Part shown: one piece after another, positions 35,290 through 48,737 of the stretch
How positions within the stretch are numbered: the stretch's first letter is position 1
Layout: every line of letters starts with the position of its first letter
Notes under the pieces: model-generated
Told to the model about the DNA's origin: nothing
What the model saw: the letters and a program-made list of their open reading frames with translations, nothing else
Databases searched by the model: none
Assembly: GCA_965285935.1 (NCBI GenBank)
Contig: OZ260662.1
Location: forward strand, 82,088,001-82,152,000
Source of the DNA: Ophelia neglecta
Taxonomy: Eukaryota
Direction of reading: 5' to 3'
Length of the DNA: 64,000 nucleotides
Program-made: the position numbers and the translations under genes

Positions 35290-38200
35290 TTCAAAGATTC
35301 AGATCCACTGTTTTGTGTGCGGCTGTTTTAATACTTATGCACGCGCACCTGGTTCTATCTAGTAGCCTATATAAGCATCTTCAAACAGCTCCTTTGACAA
35401 CTTTTCTGTCATCAGCTCAGTGTTTATCAAGGCTAGCGTTCTTCCTTATATTCAGTTCCAGATTTTATGTTTTGATGGGGTTTCGGGACATTATTCTGCA
35501 CGCCAGCTATGTATAGAAAGCCAATTCAACTAGCACCTGATAAGCAGCGATGACCCAGAATAAACTTTTCCGCGTTTGTTTGTGCAAATCCGTATGGTAT
35601 GTTGGGAAACTTAAGGGGATGGGGGGGGGGGGGGCTGGTGGTGATAATGAGGAGGGGGGGGGGTGCTGCATATGTTAGAACTTGCCGATGAAGTTCGGAG
35701 GAGACATACGACGAAGTGGCGATGGCAGCATATTGCAGGTGCCCCCCAAAGATCTGAATAATTATATATGGATTTTGGTCATATTTCTTTTTCTTTATTC
35801 ACGTTACAAAAAGAAAATTGTGAGATTTTGGGGGAACAGGTATTAAGGTCTGGGTGAGTTTTTTTTGTTGCGAACAGCCGTTGGGATGAAATCCTTTGGC
35901 AAGTGTTGATTCTGTTTTGCTGATCAACCACTGATTTTTACACGAGCGTTAATGAAAGTAAATACAAACTAACAGGCGGCATCAACGTGTTAAGAAAGGC
36001 CGAACGACAACGAAGGCTGAGTTCGACTAAAGGTTGATTGTGTCATCCAATACACATCATAGATTGTATCCACTTAGAAGATTTGACTAACTTTGCGATC
36101 GGTAGTAATTTGTCTATACAGGCATTCCAGATTCACAAGCTATTTAGGTCACGACCTATTTATCTACTGTCAGCCAGCAGAAATACGACGAGGAAAAACA
36201 TCCAATAGGCAACGGCGGCATCTGCGAGATGGCTCATCTTATTCCATCGTAATGTATATATGATAAGCGTTTATGCATATGGTTTATGTAAGCATCGATT
36301 TGAGATTTTTGTAAATCTAGATGTCAGCGATTAACCACAGGTGCTGTGACTTTCCGAGCCCACATAGCACAATGCTGCATCCGTTTCCGATGTCTAGCTA
36401 TTCTAGCTCCATTCGGCTAGCGCGGTAAAGAACGCATGTTAAATCGTCGCTAGCGCGGGGTAGAAAGTAGGGGTCGAACGTATTTGCTTATAGAAATGAA
36501 TTCCTCATACTAAAATTAGTCATATTAGAGGTATTACATCAGGTTCTATTGTTAAAATTCCTACTTCACTTTCAAAAGTTGACCTTGAAATGTCTATAAA
36601 AGTCGATCTTTAAACGGTTCAGGTTACCATCGGCGCACTTGATGTGACTAGGTGAACCTCACTTAATATACACATCACCTGACATTGATTACAATATTTG
36701 CATATTCTGGGGCAGAATGCAGCACATCATATCATCATATCATCATATCATAAGCCTATGAGATCCATTTGGATGTAAATTAGTATTTTTACAGCTGCGG
36801 TAAAAATCACATTAAGCGGTGGGTCGGCGCCGTTCTACCGTCATCTCCATTCACCACTGATTTATTCTCTCGGTGCTGGAGGTAGGCCTATATCCACAGT
36901 TCTATAACATTTTCTAACCAACTTTCTTAGTGAGATTCTAAATCATTAAGACAATAAAATTTGAAAAACACAAGCTTGCTTAACAAAGTTGTTTGTCCTG
37001 TTACTTCATCGAATTGAACTTTCTTTTGCACAGTTCGCAAAAAAATTGACAACAGATTAAGGAATTTGGTAGACGGCTAAACTGCGAAAAATTATGAGTT
37101 TTTTTTATTGGTTTTGCCATATATAATTAACCAGTAGGCCTAGGGACCTAATGATTCTACATTTACATTTGGCAGTTTGTCATTATACCTCACTTACTGA
37201 TTGAGTGGTAGTTATCAGATCCCGAAGCCTCTGTTTTTTTTAGACATTAACGACTGTCTTCGGGAAACAGGCACGTAAGTTGTCATGAAACCACAGAATG
37301 AATATCTATATAGGTTGGTAAGTCCAAGGTTCACCGCTTTATGATAAGCAAATATTTGCATTTAGGAATAATGCGACTATGAAGTATATTTAAAAGAAAT
37401 GGTTGGGCGAAAAAGGTGTCTTCTGTATGGCGACAAAAGCATCCCAGTGTTTTGCAAATTTCAGGATTAATTCTTCATCACATGAATTAATGTGTCAAAC
37501 GTTCCATAACTTACCTAGATCGGTTCTATCCGGACGGAGGGTAGGCCTATAACCATGAAGAGATTACAAAAGCTGGACCTTGTCCTGAGTTTGACCAAGA
37601 TTTCTTTGTATTCATCTCCGCTGTTGTAATGTGTGAAATTAAACACATTTACATAAACTGTTAATTATTAGGACTGAAATTTGCTGGGAAATTATAATCT
37701 ATGGACAAACTTTCTTTAAGGTCACAAATTCAAGTTAAGCAATCATTCAATGCCGTTAACTACTCAAATGTTTCCATTAAATATGTTCTCTTTTTTCGAT
37801 ATATTGGCCGGAGACTGCTATTCGTAAAAGCGTGAACAGGCAATCTGGGAGATTTAGCGAGGATATAGCTCAACATGCGTTTCGGCCTACTTTATTGCAC
37901 TGTACGCCTCTGTACACCCGCTCCCATACTGTGGGATAGATTATTCCTCACTTAGGTATATTGAAGACGGTCAACTATTGACTTGATATCGGTTCACTGT
38001 AGATATGTAGAGCCGGTAATATACATACATTGCATCAATACACACAGACTGAACCAATGTAATGCAAGGTCAAAGTGCGAGCTGATAAAACAACACATTA
38101 TATGATTGACGTTTACATTGTTTTGAATACCTACATTAAAAAGTCATCAGAGGTAATGCACTATGGTAATTATCGTCTTAGTTTTCACAAAGCAACCAAA

Positions 38201-38432
38201 AAGACCCAAACAAATTATGACAAAATCAATCCACACAATCCCGAAGTAACTTCTGCATCAAAACTAATAATCTATGGAAATCCAATATTGGTTTTGTTCA
38301 TGTCACATGGCCGAGATTGGATTAGGATCAAGGGCCGTTATATTAGCAGGTGTACACAGACCCGAGAGAAGGGGCAATAAAATAGCCGGAAGTCAGATAT
38401 ACAGCCTACATATATCTTAGTGGGCTTTAACA

Positions 38433-41400
38433 ATGCTCCAGACAGATAGACTTGCGGTCTTAGTCATCCTTCTTACGACAGGTAATGCTTAACCATCTTC
38501 AAAGGAAAAGTGCCTCATATTATCTGTATTTATTTGATATGCTAGTATAAGTAGTAGCCCAATCGAGGCCATGCTATTTTGTAAGGTAAACCTGTCGGTA
38601 TAACCACCTTCATGTACATGTTTATATGTTCAAATGTTATCACACCATGTCTTGAAAAATACCCTCTTTCCAACTAGCCTGAATGTATGCTTGCATGTTT
38701 TAGACAACGTTACCTATTTTACCGGGCTGTTAATATGTATAGCACTTGGTATAATAATGTGAACTGTTTTTACGTGTGTTATTTCATATTAAATTTTTAT
38801 CTTATACTTGACCGACTGTGTATGATTGTTACCTTCTAGTCAATCACTTCCCTTCGAATCCTCATCTCTGATTTAACAATCCATAGATCAATTATTATAT
38901 TTGCGCCCATTCTACACTACATAAATGTTAATTCTTAAAGCAATCAATACCTGTAATACGGTGCCATGTGTTTGAATTTCCTGTCAGGATTAAGAATTTC
39001 AAAGTAGTTTGTTTTCAAACATAAGTGAGGGAATTGATTATTAAGCTGCAACAATAAACATAGTATGCGGCCCTCGTGTTACGAAATTATGGCCTTAAAA
39101 CACTTGGACGTTCAATAGTTACTAGACAGAAAAGAAAGAAACTTTACATAACATGGGATATACTGCTCAATCTATTTTGGTAGGCCGTCAAATGTGTATT
39201 TGCACACCATTTATTAAGGAACGTTCAGGGGTGGGGGGGGGGGGGGGTCTTCAAATAAAATTTTAAGGGGGGGGGGTCAATATTTTCCATACTACTTGGA
39301 GGGTTAAACGAACATTTTCTAAATGTTTCTGTCAAAAGTTTTCCCGAATGTTTTACATTGGACCAATTTCCTTCGCATAATATTATCGAATTGAAACTAA
39401 TTACTTAGTAACGGAATCGTCCTACAATGGATTTCGCAAATTTGGATTTGGGCGGATGTGGCAAATTTGGATTTGCAACTTTTATAGACTCGAAGTCTAT
39501 GGGTCCTATAAATGCACTTATTGCAAACTCAGCCGTCCTTGAGACAGCTGCAGGTCACTACCATATTGGCACCAATAACGTTTGAAAAACACGAATCCAG
39601 AAAGACGTGAACATACTTTTTTTTGTCAGTTTAGAGGGGCAGTTGATGTTTTGATGTTCGGCCATTGAGTTAGTCGATCTCACTACCCTCCACTAATGGA
39701 TGATATCTCTTTCGATTTCTTACAATAATCGTGTAGGCTCAATACATATAACAATTTTGAAAGCTTAGTTTAGCTTAAAGTAAGCATCGAAATGCCATAA
39801 AGAAATCCTATTAACCGAATAGGCCAATAAATAATAGGCCAAACACCGAAGTTAGTTTAAGTTACGACTGAATATTAGACTATGTCAATTTGAATGCGTG
39901 AGTTCCGTTTCTTTTCAGGGTCAGCTTGTTTGGGGTGGCGCCGGTCAAGTAGCCACGCCGATCATGCCACTGGCCTGGAGGTAATTTTCACGCCATCTGG
40001 TGAGTCTAGTGTAAAAGTGGATGGGGATATCTGGCTGAAAAGTGCAGACACCTTCTTCACTGTTAATGGAACACGATACTCCACAGGAGACAGGTAGGTC
40101 TGTAGGTCAGAAGGTAGAGATGGATAAAGAAATACTTTTGTAGCGTAATAAGTAGTTTGTCACTTCTTGAATCTGCTCAAAGCTTGAATATACGTACTTC
40201 TCAGCTGTGTCATTAAATTGCGTTTATAATCAAGTCTGTCGGTTTTATCACTTGAAAAAATCGTTTGCTGCAAAGAAAAATACACTTTAATGCTCTCAAT
40301 AATCAAGAATACTTAATAATACCTTTTAATATATTACAAACAAATATGAATTAAATACAACCCATTTATTTCCAGCTCTCTCAAACCTGTGGAGTTTACG
40401 GAGGGTAACGGCACGGACAAACATGGCGCCTGGCAAAGTTACTACTTAAAATACTTGGCAGCTGGCACCACTGTCGTCACAAGTATAAGAAATTATCCCG
40501 ACAAGCCTTTCGTCATTTTTTCTCAGGTGATATAGATTTGTGTTTGCATCATTGGCAAAAAAGCGAAATTGTGTAAATTTAGGGTAGAGCCTATATAATT
40601 GATAAAGGAAGTCCTTTGGGCCTCTTGAAAGTCACAAATTTTTTAAAAACAAATAAATATTCATATGTTTCTCCTTAACCCGATCGCAGTACTTTCCTGA
40701 TGGCGTAGAGGGGACAGATGTGGGTAACCCTAACCACATTTCCACAGCATTCCCTCGGTTTTTTGTTGGAGGACAGACGATGGAGCTTGGGTACCTGCAG
40801 TATGGTGGAATGATGGTAGGAGATACGACTAAATGGATGGACAAGTGGGTAGTTTTCTGTGGTCTAGCGCAAATAAAATTAAATGTTCAGTAGAATAATT
40901 CGAATCTGAATGTGGTACGGTAGTCTTATAGTAGGCCTAAACTGTATTGTGGAAATGCATATCACTTTGAAGCATGTATTCAAAATGTTAAGCGTGTACT
41001 ATGTGGTTAATACTGTAGAATCTTTCCTTAGGAGTTAAACGTTTGTACTACTTTCTAAACAAATTCATACCAATCCCAAACTCTATTTCTCCAATACCTA
41101 AAATAAAAGTGATGAAGAATTGATTCTGTTCTAGAGACCATCAATTCAATTTTAATTTCAATATTCATCATATTAACTCTCTCTGATTGAAACAGATGGA
41201 ACTCTCAGACGATGAATTTGCGGGACGGGATTCCCGGGGGACCGCTCGTGCTGTTCGACCACCAGGATAACGTGATACTCATCTCGTCTTACAACGAGTT
41301 TATGTCGTCTGTTAGTCAACACGACGGTCTTTTTGGCGGTAAATTTGGCTGGGGTGTGATGGGCAGCGCCAGGGCAATCCCTGTCGGTTATACCCTGGAA

Positions 41401-44400
41401 ATCATTCTCTACTATTCTGACCAGGGAGTGAATGAGGTATTACATTTATCTGTAAAAAGGGAAAATAAAAATAATATAGAAATCAGCCTTAACATAGGTG
41501 CATAGCTAATTGGATGAACGATCAATTTAGTTGTTTTTAGATGCCCCGTGTCAACATAATGAATACAGTAATGACGACCGTGTTTGTATTCAATGTAAAC
41601 GTTATTTAAGCTCTTCCGCTACGCTCGTCCACTGACGTGTTGTCAATACCAAAATAAATCAAACTTGTTAATACATGCTCTACAGTCATTAAGGAATCCA
41701 AGACACAAATATAGGCCTGGCTGTAATATTATCTACTGAAGTCATGTCAGGCTTGTATTTTTACCTCTTCATTTTACACGACGAATTACGTCGTTTAAGC
41801 CGCGATTGGACTGAGACTTTGATAGTAAATGTTCCAACGTGGTCTAACACAACCGTTGTTATACTCGCAGGCATTCGAAGGCTGGGGAGATGTGATGAGG
41901 CACGAGTATGGCCGACACGACAGTTTTGTGCAGGCAGATCTTATCAACAACTACCTCGGTTACTGGATGGACAACGGTAAGTAGCGGTAGAATTGGGGAC
42001 TTTCATAGATCTAAACCAAGACTATTGAATACCCTGCGTTTGTTCAGTCGTCCGGCCTGCTTATTTATTTAAACTATTTGTCAGCAGATAACTATCTGAA
42101 AGTGGCCGAATCGTTTTGACTGTTAAGTACTGTTATCATATTTTGTTAACCAAATAAAGGATAGTTAACTCGTCTCTGTGTGGCAGCGGTTACGCTCTGT
42201 GCGACAATTCGCCTTCTCTGTAACGATATTATAGCGGATGAGTATTTCGTTCTGCCACTCAGGAAGCGGACGAGTGTTGAGGCTATTTCGTTCTGCCACT
42301 CAGGAAAAGTTAACACATGTTGTTCCATGCCGAAGAACTTACATATAAGCATATATTTGCGGACAATATGAAGGGTAGTACCTCTCTTCTAAGATGCCTT
42401 TTGTAATTATTTACAAAATTGCACTTTTCTTTTTTATTTAAAGACAAAACTTTTTTTTTGCATGGTGCAGGTTCATACTACTATTACAATACCGTGAAAG
42501 GAATGAACTACGAAGAAACTATACTCGCCGTGCAAAAGTATGCGCAGTCGCTGGGCATACCATACAGGTAAGGTGTACATGTATGTGTGAAGGTGCAGTA
42601 GAATGTTGGTTTTCTAGTCTTGTTTACTGATTCACTGAATTGAATATTGAATGTCGTAGTTCTGAAAGCTTAATAATCCCATTCTAGTATAGCTACAATT
42701 TTCTAGTTATATTATTGTTAGCGATTTTTTGAAATATTACTAATTAAGAAAGGTAAATGCATCATACATAATACTGACAACTACATCACACCCTGCTATA
42801 TGCATTGAAAATGACTAATATAGGCCTAATATAGATTGTTTATTGCTAGTCAACGCATCAATAAGTGAGCATATAAATCATGTAGCCTATATATCAGAGA
42901 TACTAAGTTATCTTTCCAGACCCGTGTTATCAAAGGTAAAGATATTTCTGAATTGAGAATGTAAACATAGGCTTAGCAGTGTTAAGAGGTAGACTTATAT
43001 GTTGTCTCGGACAGGTACATTCAGTATGATTCGTGGTGGTATTTTGAGGGACCATTGCTGGGTATAACTCGTTGGGAAGGCCGACCTGATGTCTTCCCTC
43101 ACGGCATGCAGTACGTCACATTAACTAAGCCATCCCCATTCTTAGTTGACTATTTGAACGTTTCAATTGCTTCCGTGATTAGATCAATAAATACAAATAA
43201 ACAACTGTAACACGAGTTTTGTTGATGCCTTAGATATGTGTACAACAAAACGGGATGGCCGGTCATTGCTCACAATAGATGGTGGTAAGTTGACTTTGAA
43301 CTGTAACTATATTGCCGTATCAGCTAATTCAATGAATTAAAACGTCGATTTCTGACCTATCTCATAATAAATACTATCGAATTCCACTTTACTTTGCATT
43401 CTGGGAACCAACAAACATAAATTATCAACTAAATTCACTTTGATAGGTCATCTTTAACTCCCTATGCGAAAAAGAACGGCGGGCGTTTTGATTTTGTAGT
43501 GGAAGCTTTGAAGGCTGCTCCATTAAATGCCGTAAGTAAAAGGGATTTGATATTTTACTTCAGTGGATCTTCCTGTATATATCTTTCATAAACAGGTTCG
43601 ACATTTCTTTCAGGACTTCTGGGAATATTTGTTTACCACTTCAAAGACTTGGGGTCTCATTACATATGAGCAGGTGGGTGTTTATTAAATATCCATCGTG
43701 CATGACAAAATAATACTGGGTCAGCCTTGTGTTGCTAACAAGTTTTTGGCAGATCTCGAGACAACTGATAACGTAAAAGGTATATTTAATTCAAAATGGT
43801 TCATTTCTTTTGGTAAAATACATGCCAGTGAGAGCTGCCCTCGTTTTGATATAGGACTGGTTGAATGTCGAGTTGATAGGAATGAACGCGTTCAAGGAGG
43901 ACATCACCCTGGGTAGGAGGTGGCTCATGGAGATGGGAAGAGCTGCCGAGAAGACCGGAATAACATTACAGTATTGTATGTCTAATCCGCGGCATGCATT
44001 GCAAGCCCTGGAAATACCCGTGGTGACCCAAGTAAGAATGAACAGTCGGAAAGGTTCAGGATTTGCGTTATTTGTCGTGGCTTTATTTAGAAATGAAAGC
44101 AAATAGAATTGGCCGTACATTTTTGCCTGAATCCATTAATGCATATAGATTTATGGAATTATAATGATTAATAATAATGGTTATCACAGGCGCGGGTCAC
44201 AGACGACTATTCTCCGGGCAAAGACAACTGGAAAATGGGCCTTACCTCCATTTTCGCACATGCTCTCAGAATCGCTCCTTATAAAGACACGTTTTGGACC
44301 ACAAGAAATCAGCCTGGAAACCCTTATGGTTAGAAATTGTTTGATGCCTCAATTCAAATTTAATCTTATATTATACACCATTATTTGTTTACTCTGTTGT

Positions 44401-46267
44401 CTCCATTTTGATTTGACTTGAAGGTCAAGAAGAGTACTTCCCGGCGCTGAATGCATTGGCGTCCGTGCTCAGCACAGGTCCGGTCGGACCCGGAGACGCC
44501 ATAGGGAAAACCAACAAAACTCTGCTCATGAGGTGAAATATGCTTGACTATTATTATACAGAATCATTGGTAATATAATGTGATAATTTATTCATAAGTA
44601 TTTGTAATCAATAATGTTTAATGTTATCTTTTTTATTACGCTATTCGCCTTTTCGAATTAAAACAATACTGTGACGTATCAAAGTAATGTTAATTTCTGT
44701 TATTTATTGATATTTCAATAAACCCGTTGTTTATATTGAATAGTTGCTATAATTAAGTCTTGATAGTATCTTTTCGTCGGCTAGTAGTCAAAATGCCGAG
44801 TAAAGTACAGTGAAACCTATCTAATCAGGTCAGTCAAGGGACTGGAAAAACTGAACACATTATGTAGGTGGCCTTAATAGGCAGGGCTGTTAACACAGGC
44901 GTAAATGGGGATTGGGCTATAATATTATTTAGTGACCTTAGTGGGCAGGTGACGTTATTACACATGTGACAACAAACACAGGTTTCACCGTACATGCCCA
45001 TATTTTCGCTAATAACTTCAAATTTAAACGTTTTATTAAAATATTAACTCACTCTAGATGCTGCAATGCAGATGGTCTCATCCTGAAGCCCTTTCGGCCT
45101 GCCACTGCCATCGACTCTCAGATATATCAGTCTGCCTTCCGTGACGGATCAGGGCCGCAAGGAGAGGCGAGTTATATGGTTTTTTAAACGCCAAAATAAT
45201 TCAAATCTGCTACAAGTTTCTTCATTCAACACTTTTTGGACGAGCTCTGCTCATTGAATCCTATATCATTTTAATTTATAATTTATTGGTCACCATATCC
45301 TTTGATATCAGGTCGTCCCACGTTTCTAAAGTCGCCACAAACTACATAATCATGCATTGCATCAACACCATTGACCAAGCTGTTTCTATACCCAGGTGTG
45401 GACGACATATTCCGAGGTGTCTGGTTACATATTTGGAATTATTTTGGCAGCAGACATGACTCCACTGACAGTGTATAACATCGACCCATACAAAGCCAAC
45501 TTCCGACAAAATGTAAAATAATCATGTTTAATAGAATTTAACGTTTTGTCATTATTATTATTAAACGAAAGATGCTATCTAACCGCTTGCTATGGATGCT
45601 CAATATCTGTTCACATTGAGGTCCATTTCACAATTGGATATTTACATGAACTAATAGCCGTTAATTGCCCTTTCCTTGGCTCCTTTTGATAGTTTCTTCC
45701 CAGCAAAGTATATCGTGACGATCTGTCAGCCCCTCAACCAGCGGTACCTTTCAGCGAGGACACCCCTCTGGTGCTTTCCGGCTGTTCAGCCGCTGACTTT
45801 TGCCTCTACCATACAACACCCATCCTTCAATATCGGTATTTACCTATTGTAGAATGACTGTTCAAACGCGTTCACATCCAATACAACATAGTTAAGAATA
45901 CTTGTTTTACTCTGTTTATTTTGTCGAAAGGCCTTATGCTATTCAAATTTTAAATGAATTTCACCAAGCCCTCCGACTGAATTTTATTTCAAGGTTATTT
46001 TATAATAATCTTGAGCTTCTCCAATTCAGGGGCAAGGAGCTTTTGTTGTATGGAGAAAGATGGAAATGGGTTCCCATGTCCGCGAAAAGAGTAAGAAATA
46101 TATCTGTCAGCGACCATGATGTGCAGGTAACCCTGCATGGGGCGCCAGGCGAGCAGGTTAACTTCACGTTTAGCCTAGATGGCCAGCCATTGACCGTCAC
46201 CTGCACATTCCCACCATCAGGTGTCTCCACAATCAACCTGCAAAACAATACCTGTCTTCCGTACTAA
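38433..46267 (+). CDS. Secreted uncharacterized glycoside hydrolase-like protein (clan GH-D, GH36/Sip1-raffinose-synthase-like TIM barrel), 18 exons, ~765 aa
   Basis: Exons 38433-38481, 39919-40093, 40376-40526, 40690-40844, 41196-41436, 41871-41976, 42471-42567, 43015-43110, 43234-43284, 43447-43531, 43614-43673, 43855-44031, 44190-44328, 44424-44532, 45058-45166 (GC donor), 45396-45512, 45693-45835 and 46030-46267 join in frame (2298 nt). Signal peptide MLQTDRLAVLVILLTTGSACLG. Motifs LGYWMDNG, YIQYDSWWY, FPHGM, AHNRWW, TYEQDWL, QYCMS, ARVTDDY, STGPVGPGD, CCNADGLILKP. AATAAA at 46390. The gene structure is solid; the family assignment rests on motif resemblance only. Confidence 0.88.
42244..42306. 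repeat. Short direct repeat (22 bp, period 41) in intron 6 of the GH-like gene
   Basis: ATTTCGTTCTGCCACTCAGGAA occurs twice. Confidence 0.75.
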
Positions 46268-48374
46268 GCAAGACAGAGCTCAGAAGGAAGCTGTAATATA
46301 AAAAGATGCAAAAAAAGGTGTTGCTCTTTTCAAAACCTTTGTACTTTTATGACATTGTAAATGGAAATATGTGTAGTGAGGTTTATATAAATAAAAGTGA
46401 GTTATTTATGTTATCAACTTAAATATTTTTGTTTGAAATTGAGCTGCTTTCGTGTCATCGTCAATGCTAGACGAGTTGGAAAAAGGAAGTCGTGTCGCTG
46501 ACCATGTCTTGATGTAGCCACATGTTAAAAACACAAACAGTGGTGGAAATCCACGGCTATCTGCCCCCCCCCCCCCCCCGCCCCGCCCTCATTCTCAAAC
46601 ATACTAAACTCTTTGATGATCAAAAAGGCAAACCTAGTATATAGTAGTGCAAACAATTGCAATCTCCTCATTTCATCAAACCAGGCGCTCAATATTTCTG
46701 CTTTCCGATATGAATTCAATTACCTCAACTTAGTCAAACTTTGAACATAAAACTGGGCCTTTACGATAAAATTCGAAGAACAAGTATTTTTCCCCAAGTA
46801 ATCTCAATCTTCTTCGGGTCTACCTCTTTTCCATGCCTTCTGCGTTGCTGTAAAAAACTCCCTATAACCTGCCTGTCATGACTTAAAATAGCTTCGGGAA
46901 GTTCCAGGCCCATTCTCACAACCACGGGTTTTCCAGTGTACTCCCAATAACACTAGTCTTCTAAAAATATGGCTTTGGATCCCAGCCGACTCGCCTCACG
47001 CTTGTGTTTATTGAGTTTTTCTCAGTAAGTACCTGGTGCCTTAAACCATGCATGATTACCTTGTCGACACAAGCCTGTCCATCGGTGTCTTCTAGCTAGA
47101 TCTATAGCCAATTAGATTTTCAATCTGAATGTGTGCTGAAGCTTACAGTTGTCGATGTTTTCTTAGAAAGGCTATAATAGCTTAGCTGATGTATTCAGTG
47201 TAACCATTGTCGGCATTGTAAACTGTGCGTATATTCTTCCGCAATAAACGCAGATACACGTATTATTTATGTGATTGGAACGTCGTTTTCACTTAATGAA
47301 CCATCGCTAGATTGAGTCACTGCATTATATATCAAGCAGTTCTGAAATGCTGGAAATCCCACTTGATTGCGTATAGTTATTAATAAGCGATCTGACCATA
47401 CTTCAATCAAGGTTGTTATGGTTATAGCTGTGCTTATTTGCCAGCCTACTGCAGACAAAAACAAATCGCGTCAGTGCAAGTAAAAATTATTTGCATTCGT
47501 CAGCACTACCCAAACAGCATTTGATACTGCAGATTGTGGTACACCCATTCGGTTTCCGGTTTCAGTACTGATAGCATAATCTAACTGTTTCGTTTCCACT
47601 GTCATGACATCTCGATCAATAATCTTTCGCTGTCGTATGCGCAGTATGTATTACGACATCTAATAAGACGTGGTTATAACTTGGCATCGCAGATATAAAG
47701 CCGGTGAGTGTTTAAATTCTGCATCATATAAATCCACCACGAATGAGAAACAACACACTCAATTCGACCAGACTTTTTCTTGTCGCAGGACACGTTTTCT
47801 ACAGTTCGTAACTTAACATATATTCGACTGGGCCTTAAAATCAGCGCAATAGGAAAGTAAGTAAAAAGTGTGAAAACAAAGTAAAAAATAATATTTATTG
47901 TTAGACATTCTCGTTGCCTTGTTGCCTCGTTGCCGTCTATAGAAGTATTGGAGTACATTGTACAAGAATTTGAATGATGCATGTCCATGAATGTTACAAT
48001 TAAAGGGTGAGCAATTGTTCTCTAAATAGATGATTTTACAAATTAAAGTGAAACTATCTATACATGTACTACTTAGAACCAGTCATGGAGGGCGAGTTGT
48101 TTGAAACGCATGTTAATCATTATAAATATAATTATGTGCAGTTGCAGTCGTATGTGTTTAAGCAATAATAACGTTACTTCAACCGACATTGTTTCAACAA
48201 GGCGAATTTGAATGATACATGTTTGAATATATCAAATATTTTGTTTGTTTCAGATGTACACTATGCTTGTGTTTATTTGGCCTCCACGTGATAGCCTGCA
48301 TGTAGGTCATGGCTCGTTTCTAACACCCGACAATAACTATGTAAGTAAGTTGGAGAGAAGAGTCGACCAATGTC

Positions 48375-48737
48375 ATGGCACCCCAGTCGTTCCGGACAGA
48401 CATGCTAGCGGAAGGATTCATCCCGTACGTCTATGAAGTGCCAGTCAATGATAGGCCCAAGCCGGCCAACGGCTGGTGGAGCAGCCAGCAGTCAAACGAG
48501 GCGCTTTCCAGAAAAGTCCATTGTTGTGACCTCATTCTTATGGCTTTGTCCTCTTGTGATGACTTTTGGCAACGAATAGCAGACTCAAGGGATTTCCTTA
48601 AATGCGAACATTCGCCCAATGATGAACTACAGTGTTTACGTGGCTATCAGTTCGACCTGGAACTACTCATTGAACAACTCCATGATTACAAAGTAACCCG
48701 CGGGGTGAAATATGTGGCCAACATGTTTTCTGTGTAA
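48375..48737 (+). CDS. Orphan 120-aa ORF, possible small gene
   Basis: GC-elevated ORF with a true ATG. Upstream donor CCG|GTGAGT (47703) and acceptor TTTGTTTCAG| (48253) could define a 5'-UTR intron. AATAAA at about 48969. No recognisable domain. Confidence 0.3.
   Translation: MAPQSFRTDMLAEGFIPYVYEVPVNDRPKPANGWWSSQQSNEALSRKVHCCDLILMALSSCDDFWQRIADSRDFLKCEHSPNDELQCLRGYQFDLELLIEQLHDYKVTRGVKYVANMFSV

Noticed and set aside
35610-35670. Poly-G/poly-C tracts here and at ~1840, 5585, 7310, 17068, 39230, 46564, 53017 and 61116 as G-quadruplex elements or proline/glycine-rich ORFs
   Set aside because: Better explained as remnants of abundant MITE-like repeats; the ORFs over them are low-complexity artefacts.
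46730-47300. GC-elevated stretch that might be a decayed coding or TE fragment
   Set aside because: The minus-strand frame I translated has multiple stops, the ORF track lists no long ORF within it, and no motif was recognisable.
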